DNA of 64,000 nt from Pirellulales bacterium (lineage in GTDB: Bacteria; Planctomycetota; Planctomycetia; Pirellulales; JAICIG01), in assembly GCA_035533075.1 (NCBI GenBank), contig DATLUO010000081.1:50292-114291 (forward strand), read 5' to 3'. The notes beneath the pieces are model-generated. The model had not been told where the DNA came from. It did not search any database and saw only the letters and a list, made by a program, of their open reading frames with translations. Position numbers and translations under genes: made by a program. Positions 35,200 to 44,553 of this stretch are shown piece by piece. The stretch's first letter is position 1, and every line of letters starts with the position of its first letter.

Positions 35200-36942
35200 A
35201 TGCGCGCAGCCTTTATTTCGGTAGGTGTTTTCATGCGACGGTTGTTCTTCCTCGGGTTGGGGCTGGTGCTTGCAAGTTTGACACGATCGCCGCGCTCGAC
35301 TGTCGCGGCGACCATCGAAGGCCGCGTCGTCGATTCGGCCGGCAAGCCGCTGGCAGGGGCGGAGGTGCGAATCTGGCAAAAGCTCAGAGCGCCCGATGGC
35401 CGCTTCGCCGATCGGCCGGTTGAATTCGACGGCGGCGACGTACTGCTCACCGACGCCGACGGGCGGTTCGTTTCGCCCGACGTGCTGGCCGGCGAGGCGT
35501 TTGCCCGCATCGTCATTGAAGCCGACGGCATGCTCGCCGGCCGAAGCGGCTGGATTGAGATCGGCAACGACGCGGCTGTTGCGGCTCCCGACATTCTGCT
35601 GAGGCGCCTGCGGACGGTCACCGGTGATGTAAACGATCGCCGCGGACAACCGGTCGCGCGCGTCACTGCGTTCAACTCAGGCGACGGACACCGGCGCGTC
35701 GAAGCGAAGACAGGCCGCACCGGCAAGTTCCTTCTCGAGGGCGTTCCAGAAGGCCCCGTTTTTCTGTTCGCCGAGAAATCTGGATATCGGTTTACCGGCC
35801 AGCGGCTAGAGGTTGGTCGATCGATCGCCGGCTTTACGTTGGCGTTGGTCGATGAGGAGGTCGAACCGCTCGCCACGTTGCCGCCGCTTGTTTCGCCCGA
35901 CGACGAGAAGGCCCTCGCTCGCCAGGTCCTCGATCCGTGGCTTCGCGAAGCACGATCGGGCACCGAGATGCAAAAAATGTTTGCACTGGCGTCTCTCTCG
36001 CATATCGACCCGTTGGAAGCGTTCGAGGCCATCGACGCAATCGGCGTTCAATCGCCGAAGTATCGCACCGCGTCGCGCAATGAGTTTCTCAACATCGCCA
36101 TTACGCGGGAGGTGTCGATTTCCACCGATAAACTCCAGGAGTTGATCGAAGCGGGCGACCAGCCGTTCGCAATGGCTTACCAGTATGTTCTGGCGACCCG
36201 TCATCTAGGCAACGGCGATCGGCAACAACAACGGGCTTGGCTCGATGCGGCGCTGGTTCATGCGCGACGCATCGACGGCCCCGCGCAGCGTGCGCAACTC
36301 CTGGCGGTCATCGCTGGTAGCCTCTTTTCGGTCGGCGACCGCGATCGGGGCACGGCGGTCTTGGCCGAAGCCGAAACATCAGCCGAGTCGATTCCTCACC
36401 TTGCCGCGGCGACGAACGCGATCGGCGAGCTGGCGTTGGCGACCGTTCACCAAGACCCCCAACGTGCGTTTCGTTGGTGGGAAAAAGTCCAAAACGGCCC
36501 GGCTTATGAGCGGCGCGACGGCGAGCTTGCCTCGCGGTTGCTGCGCCAGCGGCCCGAGCTGGCAGAGAAGATTTGGGACTTCGCCATGACACACCACGGA
36601 GCCGCCGATGCGCGGGCTCCGCCGCGGGTTTCATCGTTCCTGCCCGATATCTGTTACGGCTTGACAAAGGTCGATATCGCTCGTGCCGAGCGGTTGGTCG
36701 TCGCGACCGAACAGGCCGCTTTGCGCATTCGGGGTCAGGGCGCCATCGCGTTGGCGTTGGCGGAGTGCGACCCGGCCGGGGCGCGCAGGCGGTTGGAGCT
36801 GCTGATTCGCGACGAATTCTCGCGGCTTGCGACCGACGAAAGCCGCTGGTTCCGTTCGTGGTCGGCCCCGGCTACGGCGGCCTGGCTCTTGCCCATCGCC
36901 GAGCGCGTCGCCCCCGACTTGTGCGCTGAAATCCTGTGGTGA
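35200..36942 (+). CDS. Secreted protein, paralog 1: signal peptide + carboxypeptidase-regulatory-like domains + helical-repeat C-terminal region; truncated by an in-frame TGA
   Basis: Signal MRRLFFLGLGLVLASLTRSPRSTVA (second Met at 35233). ATIEGRVVDSAGKPLAGAEVRIW...TDADGRF. Colinear with 37612-39813 until TGA at 36940-36942. Confidence 0.7.
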   Translation: MRAAFISVGVFMRRLFFLGLGLVLASLTRSPRSTVAATIEGRVVDSAGKPLAGAEVRIWQKLRAPDGRFADRPVEFDGGDVLLTDADGRFVSPDVLAGEAFARIVIEADGMLAGRSGWIEIGNDAAVAAPDILLRRLRTVTGDVNDRRGQPVARVTAFNSGDGHRRVEAKTGRTGKFLLEGVPEGPVFLFAEKSGYRFTGQRLEVGRSIAGFTLALVDEEVEPLATLPPLVSPDDEKALARQVLDPWLREARSGTEMQKMFALASLSHIDPLEAFEAIDAIGVQSPKYRTASRNEFLNIAITREVSISTDKLQELIEAGDQPFAMAYQYVLATRHLGNGDRQQQRAWLDAALVHARRIDGPAQRAQLLAVIAGSLFSVGDRDRGTAVLAEAETSAESIPHLAAATNAIGELALATVHQDPQRAFRWWEKVQNGPAYERRDGELASRLLRQRPELAEKIWDFAMTHHGAADARAPPRVSSFLPDICYGLTKVDIARAERLVVATEQAALRIRGQGAIALALAECDPAGARRRLELLIRDEFSRLATDESRWFRSWSAPATAAWLLPIAERVAPDLCAEILW

Positions 36943-36945
36943 TCG

Positions 36946-37356
36946 TTGGCGTTGCGGTTGCCCCGTCCGCGCCGCGACCATTTTAACGAAGAAGTCGAGG
37001 CCACCGATCTGGAACTGGCGAAAATGCTCGCCAGGTACGACCGCCACCTTGCTCGGGCCTTGCTCGATCCCATTGTCGAATCCGTAGAGCAGTTGATGCT
37101 GCCGGCCGCGACGGAGCTGAAGTCGCCTCAGGCATTGCAGGCGGCCCAATCCGCGGCGCAATTCGCCCGCGATCTGATCGCTGCGGCGGTGTACGTCGAC
37201 TCGCACGCGGGCCGCGAGTTGCTCGATCGTGTCGCCGCCGCCGTATCCGCGTCGAGAGTTTATGCTGTCGAAGGCGCCAGACAGAGCTTCGTTTGGACCT
37301 TGGCGCGGCGCGGACCAGATCGTTGGTACGGCTTCTGGGATCCAGACCGTCAATGA
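36946..37356 (+). pseudogene. Distal fragment of paralog 1 (same frame, cut off by the TGA)
   Basis: Same frame as 35200-36942. SLALRLPRPRRDHFNEEVEATDLELAKMLARYDRHLARALLDPI aligns with RSLALRLPRPGRNNLNNQAERADIELAKLLARYDRDVARALLEPL, which is an internal segment of paralog 2. Confidence 0.6.
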
Positions 37357-37611
37357 GCAGCCATAAGGTCGTAGCCTTCTTGTTTGAACATGAGATCATC
37401 CTTACACAAGCATCTTCGAGAACACTAAGCGACACTAGTCTTCGCTAATCGACGAAAGAAAACCAATATTCCGATTAGTGTGAATCAGCGTTGATTATTA
37501 TAGTGTTCCGATAGCGCCGATCTGCCCGTGTACCGCTTCTGCCTGATCTGCGATGCGGCGCCAAGAAGCGGGACGTTGGCTTGCCATCGCGGCAGGGGTA
37601 ATATAACCACG

Positions 37612-39813
37612 ATGCGTCCACTCGCGGCTGTTCTTTCGGGAGCTGTGCTTATGCGGTCCTTGTTCCTCGTCGTCTCATTGGGGGTAATGATTACTAGTTT
37701 GGCGCGCTCGGCGGTCGCGGCGACCATCGAAGGCCGCGTCGTCGATTCGGCCGGCAAGCCGCTGGCAGGGGCGGAGGTGCGAGTCTGGCAAAAGCTCAGA
37801 GGGCCCGATGGCCGCTTCGCCGATCGGCCGGTTGAATTCGACGGCGGCGACGTACTGCTCACCGACGCCGAAGGACGGTTCGTTTCGCCCGACGTGCTGG
37901 CCGCCGGGAACGCACAGATCGTGGCCGAGGCCGGGGGCATGCTCGCCGGCCGAAGCGGCTGGATTAAAGTCGCCAAAGACGCCGTGGCAACCAAAGCGCC
38001 CGACATCACGCTCAAAGGTCTGCGCCTCATCACCGGGCTGGTACTCGATCGCCGCGGCCGGCCGGTCGACGGCGCCACGGTGTTCAATTCGGGCGACGGA
38101 CACGAGCGGGTCGAAGGGAGGAGCAAAGGCGGCGGAAAATTCCTCCTGACGGAAGTGCCGAAAGGCGGCGTGTTCTTGTTCGCCGAAAAGCCCGGCCACC
38201 GTTTTACGGGCGTGCGCTTGCCGGCCGATCAGGCTGAGGCAACACTCGTGCTGACCTCGCTCGACGAGCCCGCCGAACCCAAGGCCACCTTGCCGCCCCT
38301 GCTCTCCCCAGACGAGGAGTACGCTCTGGCGCGTGCCGTGCTCGATCCCTGGCTTGAGCGGTTGGCGAAATCCGGCACGCCTGAACTGAAGTTCAGAGGA
38401 TTCTCGTGCTGGACCCAAATCAACGGCCTGGAAGCTTTCCAACATCTCGATTGGTTGGTCGACGTCGATAAGCCGGCCCGCGATCGACTTCGCAATTTCG
38501 CCGTTCTTTCGGTCATAACACATCGCGACCGCCTCTCGTGGGAGGAGGTGCGCGGGATGATCGAAGCGGGCGACGACGAGTACCACAAGGCCGCGGAGCT
38601 GATTCAGGCTTCCGATGAGATGCATAACGGCGAGATGGACGAGGGCGAGCAGGCGATGCGGCTTGAATGGCTCGAGTTGGCAGTGCCGCACGCGCGAAAA
38701 ATCCCAGATCCCATACGGCGCGTGGGGGTTTTGGCAAGCGTGGCCGAACGCTTGTTTGCCCTGGGAGAAGTTGCGCGCGCCAGGCAGGTGCTTGCCGAGG
38801 CTGAGAACGACGCGAAGAGTTTGATTCCTGACGGAGCGGCGCAGTCTGCGTTCTTTCGTGTTGCGCTGGCGGCGGCGCATGACGATGCGGACCGCGCCAT
38901 CGACTGGCTTGCAAAAGCGGCCTTTTACTTACGGCGGTCCGGCGGCCGCGTGGCCGCCGGATTGCTGCCCGATCATCCCCAGCGGGCCGTCGAAGCCTGG
39001 AATCTGGTTGCGGAGGCGATGCGCAAGGATCGAGGGCGAACGGGCGTCGAAGGCCGTGCGGCCGCGGAATTCTGCTATCGGCTGGCGAAAGTCGACCGCC
39101 CGCTAGCCGAACAGGTCGCCGCGGACGCCGAAGAAGCGATCATGCGCTATCGGGAAAAAGGCGCCATCATTCTGGCGCTGGCCGAGACGCAGCCGGCCGA
39201 GGCACGCCGGCTCTTGGCGGCGTTGGTGCGAGAGGAGCTTCCGCGGCTTCCCATCGACGAGAGTTGGCTTGCGGGGCTGCCTCTGGAGTCGGCGCCGGCG
39301 ATTGCGGCGTGGCTCTTGCCGGTGGCCGAACGGGTCGATCCCGATCTCTGCGGCGAACTGTTTTGGCGGTCGCTGGCCTTGCGGCTGCCGCGCCCCGGTC
39401 GAAACAATCTCAATAATCAAGCTGAACGGGCCGACATCGAGTTGGCGAAGCTGCTCGCCAGGTACGACCGCGACGTTGCGCGGGCGCTGCTGGAACCGTT
39501 GGCTGCGAATGCCTGCGCAGGGCCCACAGCGGAACAACCGGACATGATCCTGCATGCGCTGCTGCATGTCGATCCGCGGTGGGCGAAGAGCTTCATCGAC
39601 GCGCTTGCCGATGCGCCTTCATCGAAGATGCAACCACGTGCTGAGGCCGCTGCCGCGCGGGCCGCCTTCCCCGAAGTTGACGACCGCTTGCGGTTTAATC
39701 TCCTCTACGCTTTGGCGCTGCCACTGCCCGAGCGCTGGAACGGGCGGAACGAGTATTCCAATTCCGCCCCCTTCTGGAAGCCTTCTGCGATGGACAGGCC
39801 GTTGCCGCCCTAG
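37612..39813 (+). CDS. Secreted protein, paralog 2 (intact): signal peptide + carboxypeptidase-regulatory-like domains + helical-repeat C-terminal region
   Basis: Signal MRSLFLVVSLGVMITSLARSAVA (Met at 37651, or 37612). The N-terminal ~65 aa are almost identical to paralog 1; the remainder is diverged. Confidence 0.75.
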   Translation: MRPLAAVLSGAVLMRSLFLVVSLGVMITSLARSAVAATIEGRVVDSAGKPLAGAEVRVWQKLRGPDGRFADRPVEFDGGDVLLTDAEGRFVSPDVLAAGNAQIVAEAGGMLAGRSGWIKVAKDAVATKAPDITLKGLRLITGLVLDRRGRPVDGATVFNSGDGHERVEGRSKGGGKFLLTEVPKGGVFLFAEKPGHRFTGVRLPADQAEATLVLTSLDEPAEPKATLPPLLSPDEEYALARAVLDPWLERLAKSGTPELKFRGFSCWTQINGLEAFQHLDWLVDVDKPARDRLRNFAVLSVITHRDRLSWEEVRGMIEAGDDEYHKAAELIQASDEMHNGEMDEGEQAMRLEWLELAVPHARKIPDPIRRVGVLASVAERLFALGEVARARQVLAEAENDAKSLIPDGAAQSAFFRVALAAAHDDADRAIDWLAKAAFYLRRSGGRVAAGLLPDHPQRAVEAWNLVAEAMRKDRGRTGVEGRAAAEFCYRLAKVDRPLAEQVAADAEEAIMRYREKGAIILALAETQPAEARRLLAALVREELPRLPIDESWLAGLPLESAPAIAAWLLPVAERVDPDLCGELFWRSLALRLPRPGRNNLNNQAERADIELAKLLARYDRDVARALLEPLAANACAGPTAEQPDMILHALLHVDPRWAKSFIDALADAPSSKMQPRAEAAAARAAFPEVDDRLRFNLLYALALPLPERWNGRNEYSNSAPFWKPSAMDRPLPP

Positions 39814-39893
39814 CCGCCGATTTCAGGCGATACTCTCCGGCCTCTCCCGAAGGAAACGTCGGTCAGGCGTTTCGTGCGGGCCAGGAGATCATT

Positions 39894-40256
39894 GTGGCCA
39901 ACGAGGGCACACCGCTGATGCGCGGCTGGCACACTTTGGCCGCGCTCTCGCAGGGGCAGCGATTGAAGGTCTTAAAGATGGAGGGCAACTGGGTGGGCAC
40001 CAGTGCCACCGTCAACGGTCGAAGAATCAGCGGCTGGGCCTGGAATCGGCAGGTGGCCACGCCGTCGCAGTATGCCCGGCGGTGGACATCACAGCGCCGC
40101 TACTCCTATCAGCCCAGCGCGATGCTGATTCCCTACAGGCATCGGTACTCGACAAGTCCGTTGGACGAGGCGCGGGCGGGCCGCCGCTTGATTATGGGCG
40201 TGACTCCTTACGGCCCGGCCTACTGGCGCGCCGATCGGAAGATCGTGGGGTATTAG
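39894..40256 (+). CDS. Hypothetical protein with bacterial SH3-like segment
   Basis: TPLMRGWHTLAALSQGQRLKVLKMEGNWVGTSATVNGRRISGWAW fits an SH3_3-like pattern. The start is uncertain (GTG at 39894; the frame is open upstream). Confidence 0.35.
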   Translation: MANEGTPLMRGWHTLAALSQGQRLKVLKMEGNWVGTSATVNGRRISGWAWNRQVATPSQYARRWTSQRRYSYQPSAMLIPYRHRYSTSPLDEARAGRRLIMGVTPYGPAYWRADRKIVGY

Positions 40257-40358
40257 CCGCCACACCTCCTGTCGCTTCTCTTCACGGTTGACAGCTTTTT
40301 TGAACCGTCAACAATGCGTGAAGTGATCTTGCCTCTCACTTGCGAACCGGTCTCGAAC

Positions 40359-40622
40359 ATGTGCCTTGCCATTCCCGCCCAAGTCAGCGAATTTGCCAAT
40401 GACGACAACGGCACCGCGACCGTCGACATCATGGGCGTGCGCCGCAAGGTGAGTCTGCAGTTGCTCGAAGACGATCCGCCCGACGTCGGCGACTGGGTGC
40501 TGGTCCACGTCGGCTTCGCCATGAGCAAGATCAGCCAGCAGCAAGCGGCCGATCAGTTGGAGATACTCCGCCAGTTGGGCGAGGCGGGCGCGGCGCAAGA
40601 AGAAGCCAGCGGCTACACGTAG
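40359..40622 (+). CDS. hypC: [NiFe]-hydrogenase maturation chaperone HypC/HybG/HupF family
   Basis: Starts MCLAIPAQV, the invariant N-terminal Cys2 motif. 87 aa. The track ORF starts earlier at 40314. Confidence 0.85.
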   Translation: MCLAIPAQVSEFANDDNGTATVDIMGVRRKVSLQLLEDDPPDVGDWVLVHVGFAMSKISQQQAADQLEILRQLGEAGAAQEEASGYT

Positions 40623-40644
40623 GGCACCAAGGCAAAGGCGTGAC

Positions 40645-41760
40645 ATGAAATACGTCGATGAATTCCGCGACCCGCAACTCTTGCGCAACGCCCTATGCGA
40701 AATCCGCTCGCTGGTCGAACCGGGCCGAAAGTACCGCATCATGGAGGTTTGCGGCGGGCACACGCACTCGATCTATCGCTTCGGCCTGAAGGAGTTGCTC
40801 CCGCCGGAAGTGGAGCTGATTCACGGGCCGGGCTGCCCTGTGTGTGTGTTGCCGATGGGGCGGATCGACGACGGCCTCGATCTGGCCAACGATCCGAACG
40901 TCATCTTCACGGCCTTTGGCGACATGATGCGCGTGCCCGGCTCGAAAGGCAGCCCGCTGGAGAGCAAGGCCCGTGGGGCCGATGTGCGGATCGTCTATTC
41001 GCCCTTGGATGCCTTGCGGATCGCCCGGCGGCATCCGGACCGGCAGGTGATCTTTTTCGCCATCGGATTCGAGACCACGGCTCCTTCGACCGCGCTCACG
41101 GTATTACGGGCACGCGAGCTGGGGGTGCGGAATTTCGCCGTCTTTTCCAACCACGTGACGATCGTGCCGGCGATCCGGGCGATTCTCGAGTCGCCCGATA
41201 TGCGGCTCGACGGCTTCATCGGTCCTGGGCACGTTTCAACGGTCATCGGCTGCCGGCCTTACGAATTTATTGCCCGCGATTATCGCTGCCCGATCGTGGT
41301 GTCGGGCTTCGAGCCGGCCGACATCTTGCAATCGCTGGTGATGCTCTTGCGACAGTTGCGGGCCGGCGAGAGCAAGGTCGAAAACCAATACGGCCGCGTG
41401 GTGCCGTGGCAGGGCAATGTGGCGGCGCTCAAGTCCTTGGCCGAGGTGTTTGAGATTCGGCCGCACTTCGAGTGGCGCGGGTTGGGATTTATCTCGCAGT
41501 CGGCCTTGCGGATCCGCGAAAACTATGCCGCCTGGGATGCCGAGCAGGTGATGTCCATTCGCGGCGTGTGCGTGGCCGATCCGAAAGCGGCCCAGTGCGG
41601 AGAGGTGCTCAAAGGGGTGCTCAAACCGCACGAGTGCAAGCTGTTCGGCACGGAATGCACGCCCGAACATCCAATTGGTGCGCTGATGGTCTCTTCCGAA
41701 GGCGCCTGCGCGGCCCATTTCAAATACTCCGGCGTGCGGTTGCCGGTCGTTACGGCTTGA
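40645..41760 (+). CDS. hypD: [NiFe]-hydrogenase maturation protein HypD
   Basis: MKYVDEFRD...IMEVCGGHTHSI, GPGCPVCV, FETTAP and GPGHVS motifs. Confidence 0.9.
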   Translation: MKYVDEFRDPQLLRNALCEIRSLVEPGRKYRIMEVCGGHTHSIYRFGLKELLPPEVELIHGPGCPVCVLPMGRIDDGLDLANDPNVIFTAFGDMMRVPGSKGSPLESKARGADVRIVYSPLDALRIARRHPDRQVIFFAIGFETTAPSTALTVLRARELGVRNFAVFSNHVTIVPAIRAILESPDMRLDGFIGPGHVSTVIGCRPYEFIARDYRCPIVVSGFEPADILQSLVMLLRQLRAGESKVENQYGRVVPWQGNVAALKSLAEVFEIRPHFEWRGLGFISQSALRIRENYAAWDAEQVMSIRGVCVADPKAAQCGEVLKGVLKPHECKLFGTECTPEHPIGALMVSSEGACAAHFKYSGVRLPVVTA

Positions 41761-42001
41761 CCGCACGCCGCGGGCAGTGCAGGGTAGAAGTAACCGCCGT
41801 GGGTGGCAGAATCACTCAGACAATAGCGGCGGTTGGGGCAGAGTCTGGCCGAAGAACGGCTGGCATCTCGATAAGCCATGCGGCCAGGCGATGTCCCGGT
41901 CGCGCGGCGTCGGGGCGTCGCTTAGGCTCTCCCCCCGGCCACCGTGTTTTTCATCATTCAAGTGCCGAGAGCCGACCAAACACCAAACGCCCCAAAATCG
42001 C

Positions 42002-43039
42002 ATGCTCGAACCGCCCGCCGTTCATTTCCACGACAAACAAATCTTCATGGCCCACGGGGCGGGCGGCGAAGCGTCGCGGCGGCTCGTGGAGGGGCTGTTT
42101 CGGCCCTTGTTTTCCAATCCGGCGCTCGACGCTTTGTCCGACGCGGCCCTGTTGGCGGTCCCCTCAGGCCGCCTGGCGATGACGGTCGACAGTTTTGTCG
42201 TTCAGCCGCTCAAATTCGCGGGCGGCTCCATCGGCGAGCTGGCCATCAACGGCACGGTCAACGACCTGGCCGTGTCCGGCGCCCGGCCCGTGGCCATCGC
42301 CGCCGCCTTCATCCTTGAGGCCGGCTTGCCGTCGGAAGTTTTACGCCGCGAGGTCGAGGCGATGGCCGCGGCCGCGCGTCGCGCGGGCGTCGACGTCGTC
42401 ACCGGCGACACCAAAGTGGTCGAACACGGCAAAGGCGACGGAATGTACATTTCGACCACCGGCGTGGGCATCGTCGATGCTCGTGCCGATCTGGCGATCT
42501 CGCGCGTGGCGACCGGCGACCGCGTGTTGCTGTCTGGACCCATCGGCAACCACGGCATGGCCATCATGCTGGCCAGGGCCGAATTGGAGATCGAGGCCGA
42601 CATTCTTTCCGACACGCGGCCGCTCGTCGAGCTGATCGATCGCTTGTTGGCCCGTGCCGGCACGGGCGTCAAATGGATGCGCGACGCCACGCGCGGCGGG
42701 GTGGCGACCGTGCTCAACGAACTGGCCCGCGAGGCGAACGTGGCGGTGACCATCGAGGAAGAGGCGGTGCCGCTGGATGACGACGTGCGCGGGGCCTGCG
42801 AGCTGCTGGGCGTCGATCCCCTGCACGTGGCCAACGAGGGGCAGTTCGTCGCGGTGGTGGCAGCGGAGGCGGCCGACGCGGCGCTCGACGCACTGCGGCG
42901 CACGCCCGGCGGCGAACGGGCCTGCATCCTGGGCGAAATCACCGCGGCGCCGATGGCGCGGGTATTGGCCAGGTCGTCGTTCGGCGGCGTGCGGGTGGTC
43001 GATATGTTGATCGGCGATCCGTTGCCGCGGATTTGCTAG
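42002..43039 (+). CDS. hypE: [NiFe]-hydrogenase maturation protein HypE
   Basis: AHGAGGEASRRLV, PurM-like fold motifs, and the canonical C-terminal PRIC. Start is taken at MLEPPAV; the upstream 75 aa of the track ORF look non-homologous. Confidence 0.85.
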   Translation: MLEPPAVHFHDKQIFMAHGAGGEASRRLVEGLFRPLFSNPALDALSDAALLAVPSGRLAMTVDSFVVQPLKFAGGSIGELAINGTVNDLAVSGARPVAIAAAFILEAGLPSEVLRREVEAMAAAARRAGVDVVTGDTKVVEHGKGDGMYISTTGVGIVDARADLAISRVATGDRVLLSGPIGNHGMAIMLARAELEIEADILSDTRPLVELIDRLLARAGTGVKWMRDATRGGVATVLNELAREANVAVTIEEEAVPLDDDVRGACELLGVDPLHVANEGQFVAVVAAEAADAALDALRRTPGGERACILGEITAAPMARVLARSSFGGVRVVDMLIGDPLPRIC

Positions 43040-43635
43040 CTTGTTGCCCGCGCGACGATGGCCTCGAACACGGCCAAAATGCCACCGACATTATCGATGT
43101 AATAACGCCCCTGATCGATTTGGCCGAGGCTGCCCGCCAGCTTGAGAAACTGCCAGTCCTCGCCGGTCGTCACGCAGCCATACATCTCGGAGCCGTTCTG
43201 CCCCGACCGCTGATTGAACAGTCGCGCGCCCGCCATTTGTGCGAAACATTGGCCGATGCCGCCTTCCACGTCATTCTTCTTGGCTTCGACGACCGTCATA
43301 ATCGGGGAGCGGAGAGTGGGCAGCGGGGCGCCCGCCGCGAGGATGAAATCGCATTCCCCCACCAGGCCCTGATTGGGATCGACATCCAATCTTTGGCCGG
43401 AGTAAATCGCCAGCGATTTTGGACTTAGTTCTTGCGTCGCCAAAAGAATGGGAACGACGATGAATTCGCTACGGGCCTTTTCGCTCACCAACGCCTGGCG
43501 CAAGCCGCGACCGAGCGCCTCTTGGAGCCAGACTGGCGCGGCGACCGGTGCGAGTTGGGCAAACAAAACGGCTGGTTCAACGGAGATGCCCAACGCCGCC
43601 GCGGCAGAATCGAGCGTGAAATCGGCGTAGGACAT
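43036..43635 (-). CDS. PD-(D/E)xK nuclease-fold protein (HSDR_N-like), unknown function
   Basis: SEKARSEFIVVPIL... then GECDFIL (Asp) and TVVEAKK (E-x-K), at the spacing typical of restriction-endonuclease-like folds. Confidence 0.5.
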   Translation of the reverse strand: MSYADFTLDSAAAALGISVEPAVLFAQLAPVAAPVWLQEALGRGLRQALVSEKARSEFIVVPILLATQELSPKSLAIYSGQRLDVDPNQGLVGECDFILAAGAPLPTLRSPIMTVVEAKKNDVEGGIGQCFAQMAGARLFNQRSGQNGSEMYGCVTTGEDWQFLKLAGSLGQIDQGRYYIDNVGGILAVFEAIVARATS

Positions 43636-43685
43636 CGGGGTACTGAAAAAGTTTCATGTCGGTCAGCGGAATGCAGGGTAGTCGA

Positions 43686-44459
43686 TTATACATCGGCCTC
43701 CGGCAGCAGTGCCACCACGCGTGCCGGGCCGGCCGAGCCGCCTTTGACTTTTAATGGAAACGCGCAAACCGTGAAGCCGTGCGGCGGAAGCTGGTCGAGA
43801 TTCGTCAGCCGCTCGATGTGGCAGTATTCTTTGTCGATGCCGACGTAGTGGGCCGCCCAGAAGATGTCGTCGCGGCGTTCGGCCTTGGCCCGCTGGGCGA
43901 GTACGGGCAACGGTACGTCCCAGCCCCAGGAGTCGATGCCGGTCAGCTTGACGCCCTGGTCGAGCAGCCAGCGAGTGGCCTCGGCGCTCATGCCGCAGCC
44001 GCGGGTGAAATACTCCCGGCTGCCCACCAGCCGGTCGTTGCCGGTCTGAATGAGCACGATGTCGCGCGGCTGCAAGGCATGGCCCACGCGCACCAGTTCG
44101 GCCCGCAGATCGGCGACGGCGATCGCCTCGCCGTGGCCTTTGTGCCGCAGGTCGAGCTTGATGCCCGGCCCGTAGCACCACTCCAGGGGCACTTCGTCGA
44201 TCGTTTTGGCGGGCCGGCCTTCGCTGATCGGGCCGTAATGCCAGGGGGCGTCGACGTGGGTCGTGCCGTGGGTCGAGAGCTTGATAACGTCGTTGGCCCA
44301 GCCGAGCCGGGTGCGAAGGTATTTTCGCGGCAGGCCGAACAGCCAGCCGACGGCCCGTGCCCCGAAGCGGTGGTCCTGCCGCCAAACATGGCTGCGTGCC
44401 CAACGCGGGGCCCAGTCGGCATCGTTGTCCAAAGGCAGGCTGAGATCGACGATTCGCAC
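43686..44459 (-). CDS. Cyclase-family protein (kynurenine formamidase-like)
   Basis: IKLSTHGTTHVDAPWHYGP matches the HxGTHxDAPxH metal-binding motif. Confidence 0.8.
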   Translation of the reverse strand: MRIVDLSLPLDNDADWAPRWARSHVWRQDHRFGARAVGWLFGLPRKYLRTRLGWANDVIKLSTHGTTHVDAPWHYGPISEGRPAKTIDEVPLEWCYGPGIKLDLRHKGHGEAIAVADLRAELVRVGHALQPRDIVLIQTGNDRLVGSREYFTRGCGMSAEATRWLLDQGVKLTGIDSWGWDVPLPVLAQRAKAERRDDIFWAAHYVGIDKEYCHIERLTNLDQLPPHGFTVCAFPLKVKGGSAGPARVVALLPEADV

Positions 44460-44553
44460 GAAAAAGTTCCTCTTCCTTCTGCTGGCTTCTCAGAAGTTCA
44501 TTGATTAAACTCCAAGGGACTTCTCTCCGCCAGAACAACTGCCAGGAACTGCC

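Noticed and set aside
34293-36032. 579-aa Ser/Pro/Arg/Thr-rich ORF on the minus strand
   Set aside because: It overlaps the DUF3102-like gene and paralog 1 in antisense, has a low-complexity composition, and has no start context.
36943-37000. Selenocysteine recoding of the in-frame TGA at 36940
   Set aside because: I could not find a SECIS-like hairpin with the usual spacing downstream. The aligned residue in the paralog is Arg, not Cys. No sel genes are in the window.
41761-42001. Hidden gene or N-terminal extension of hypE in the hypD-hypE gap
   Set aside because: The in-frame upstream 75 aa (MQGRSNRRGW...) have no HypE similarity and an odd composition. No alternative ORF has a start and RBS.
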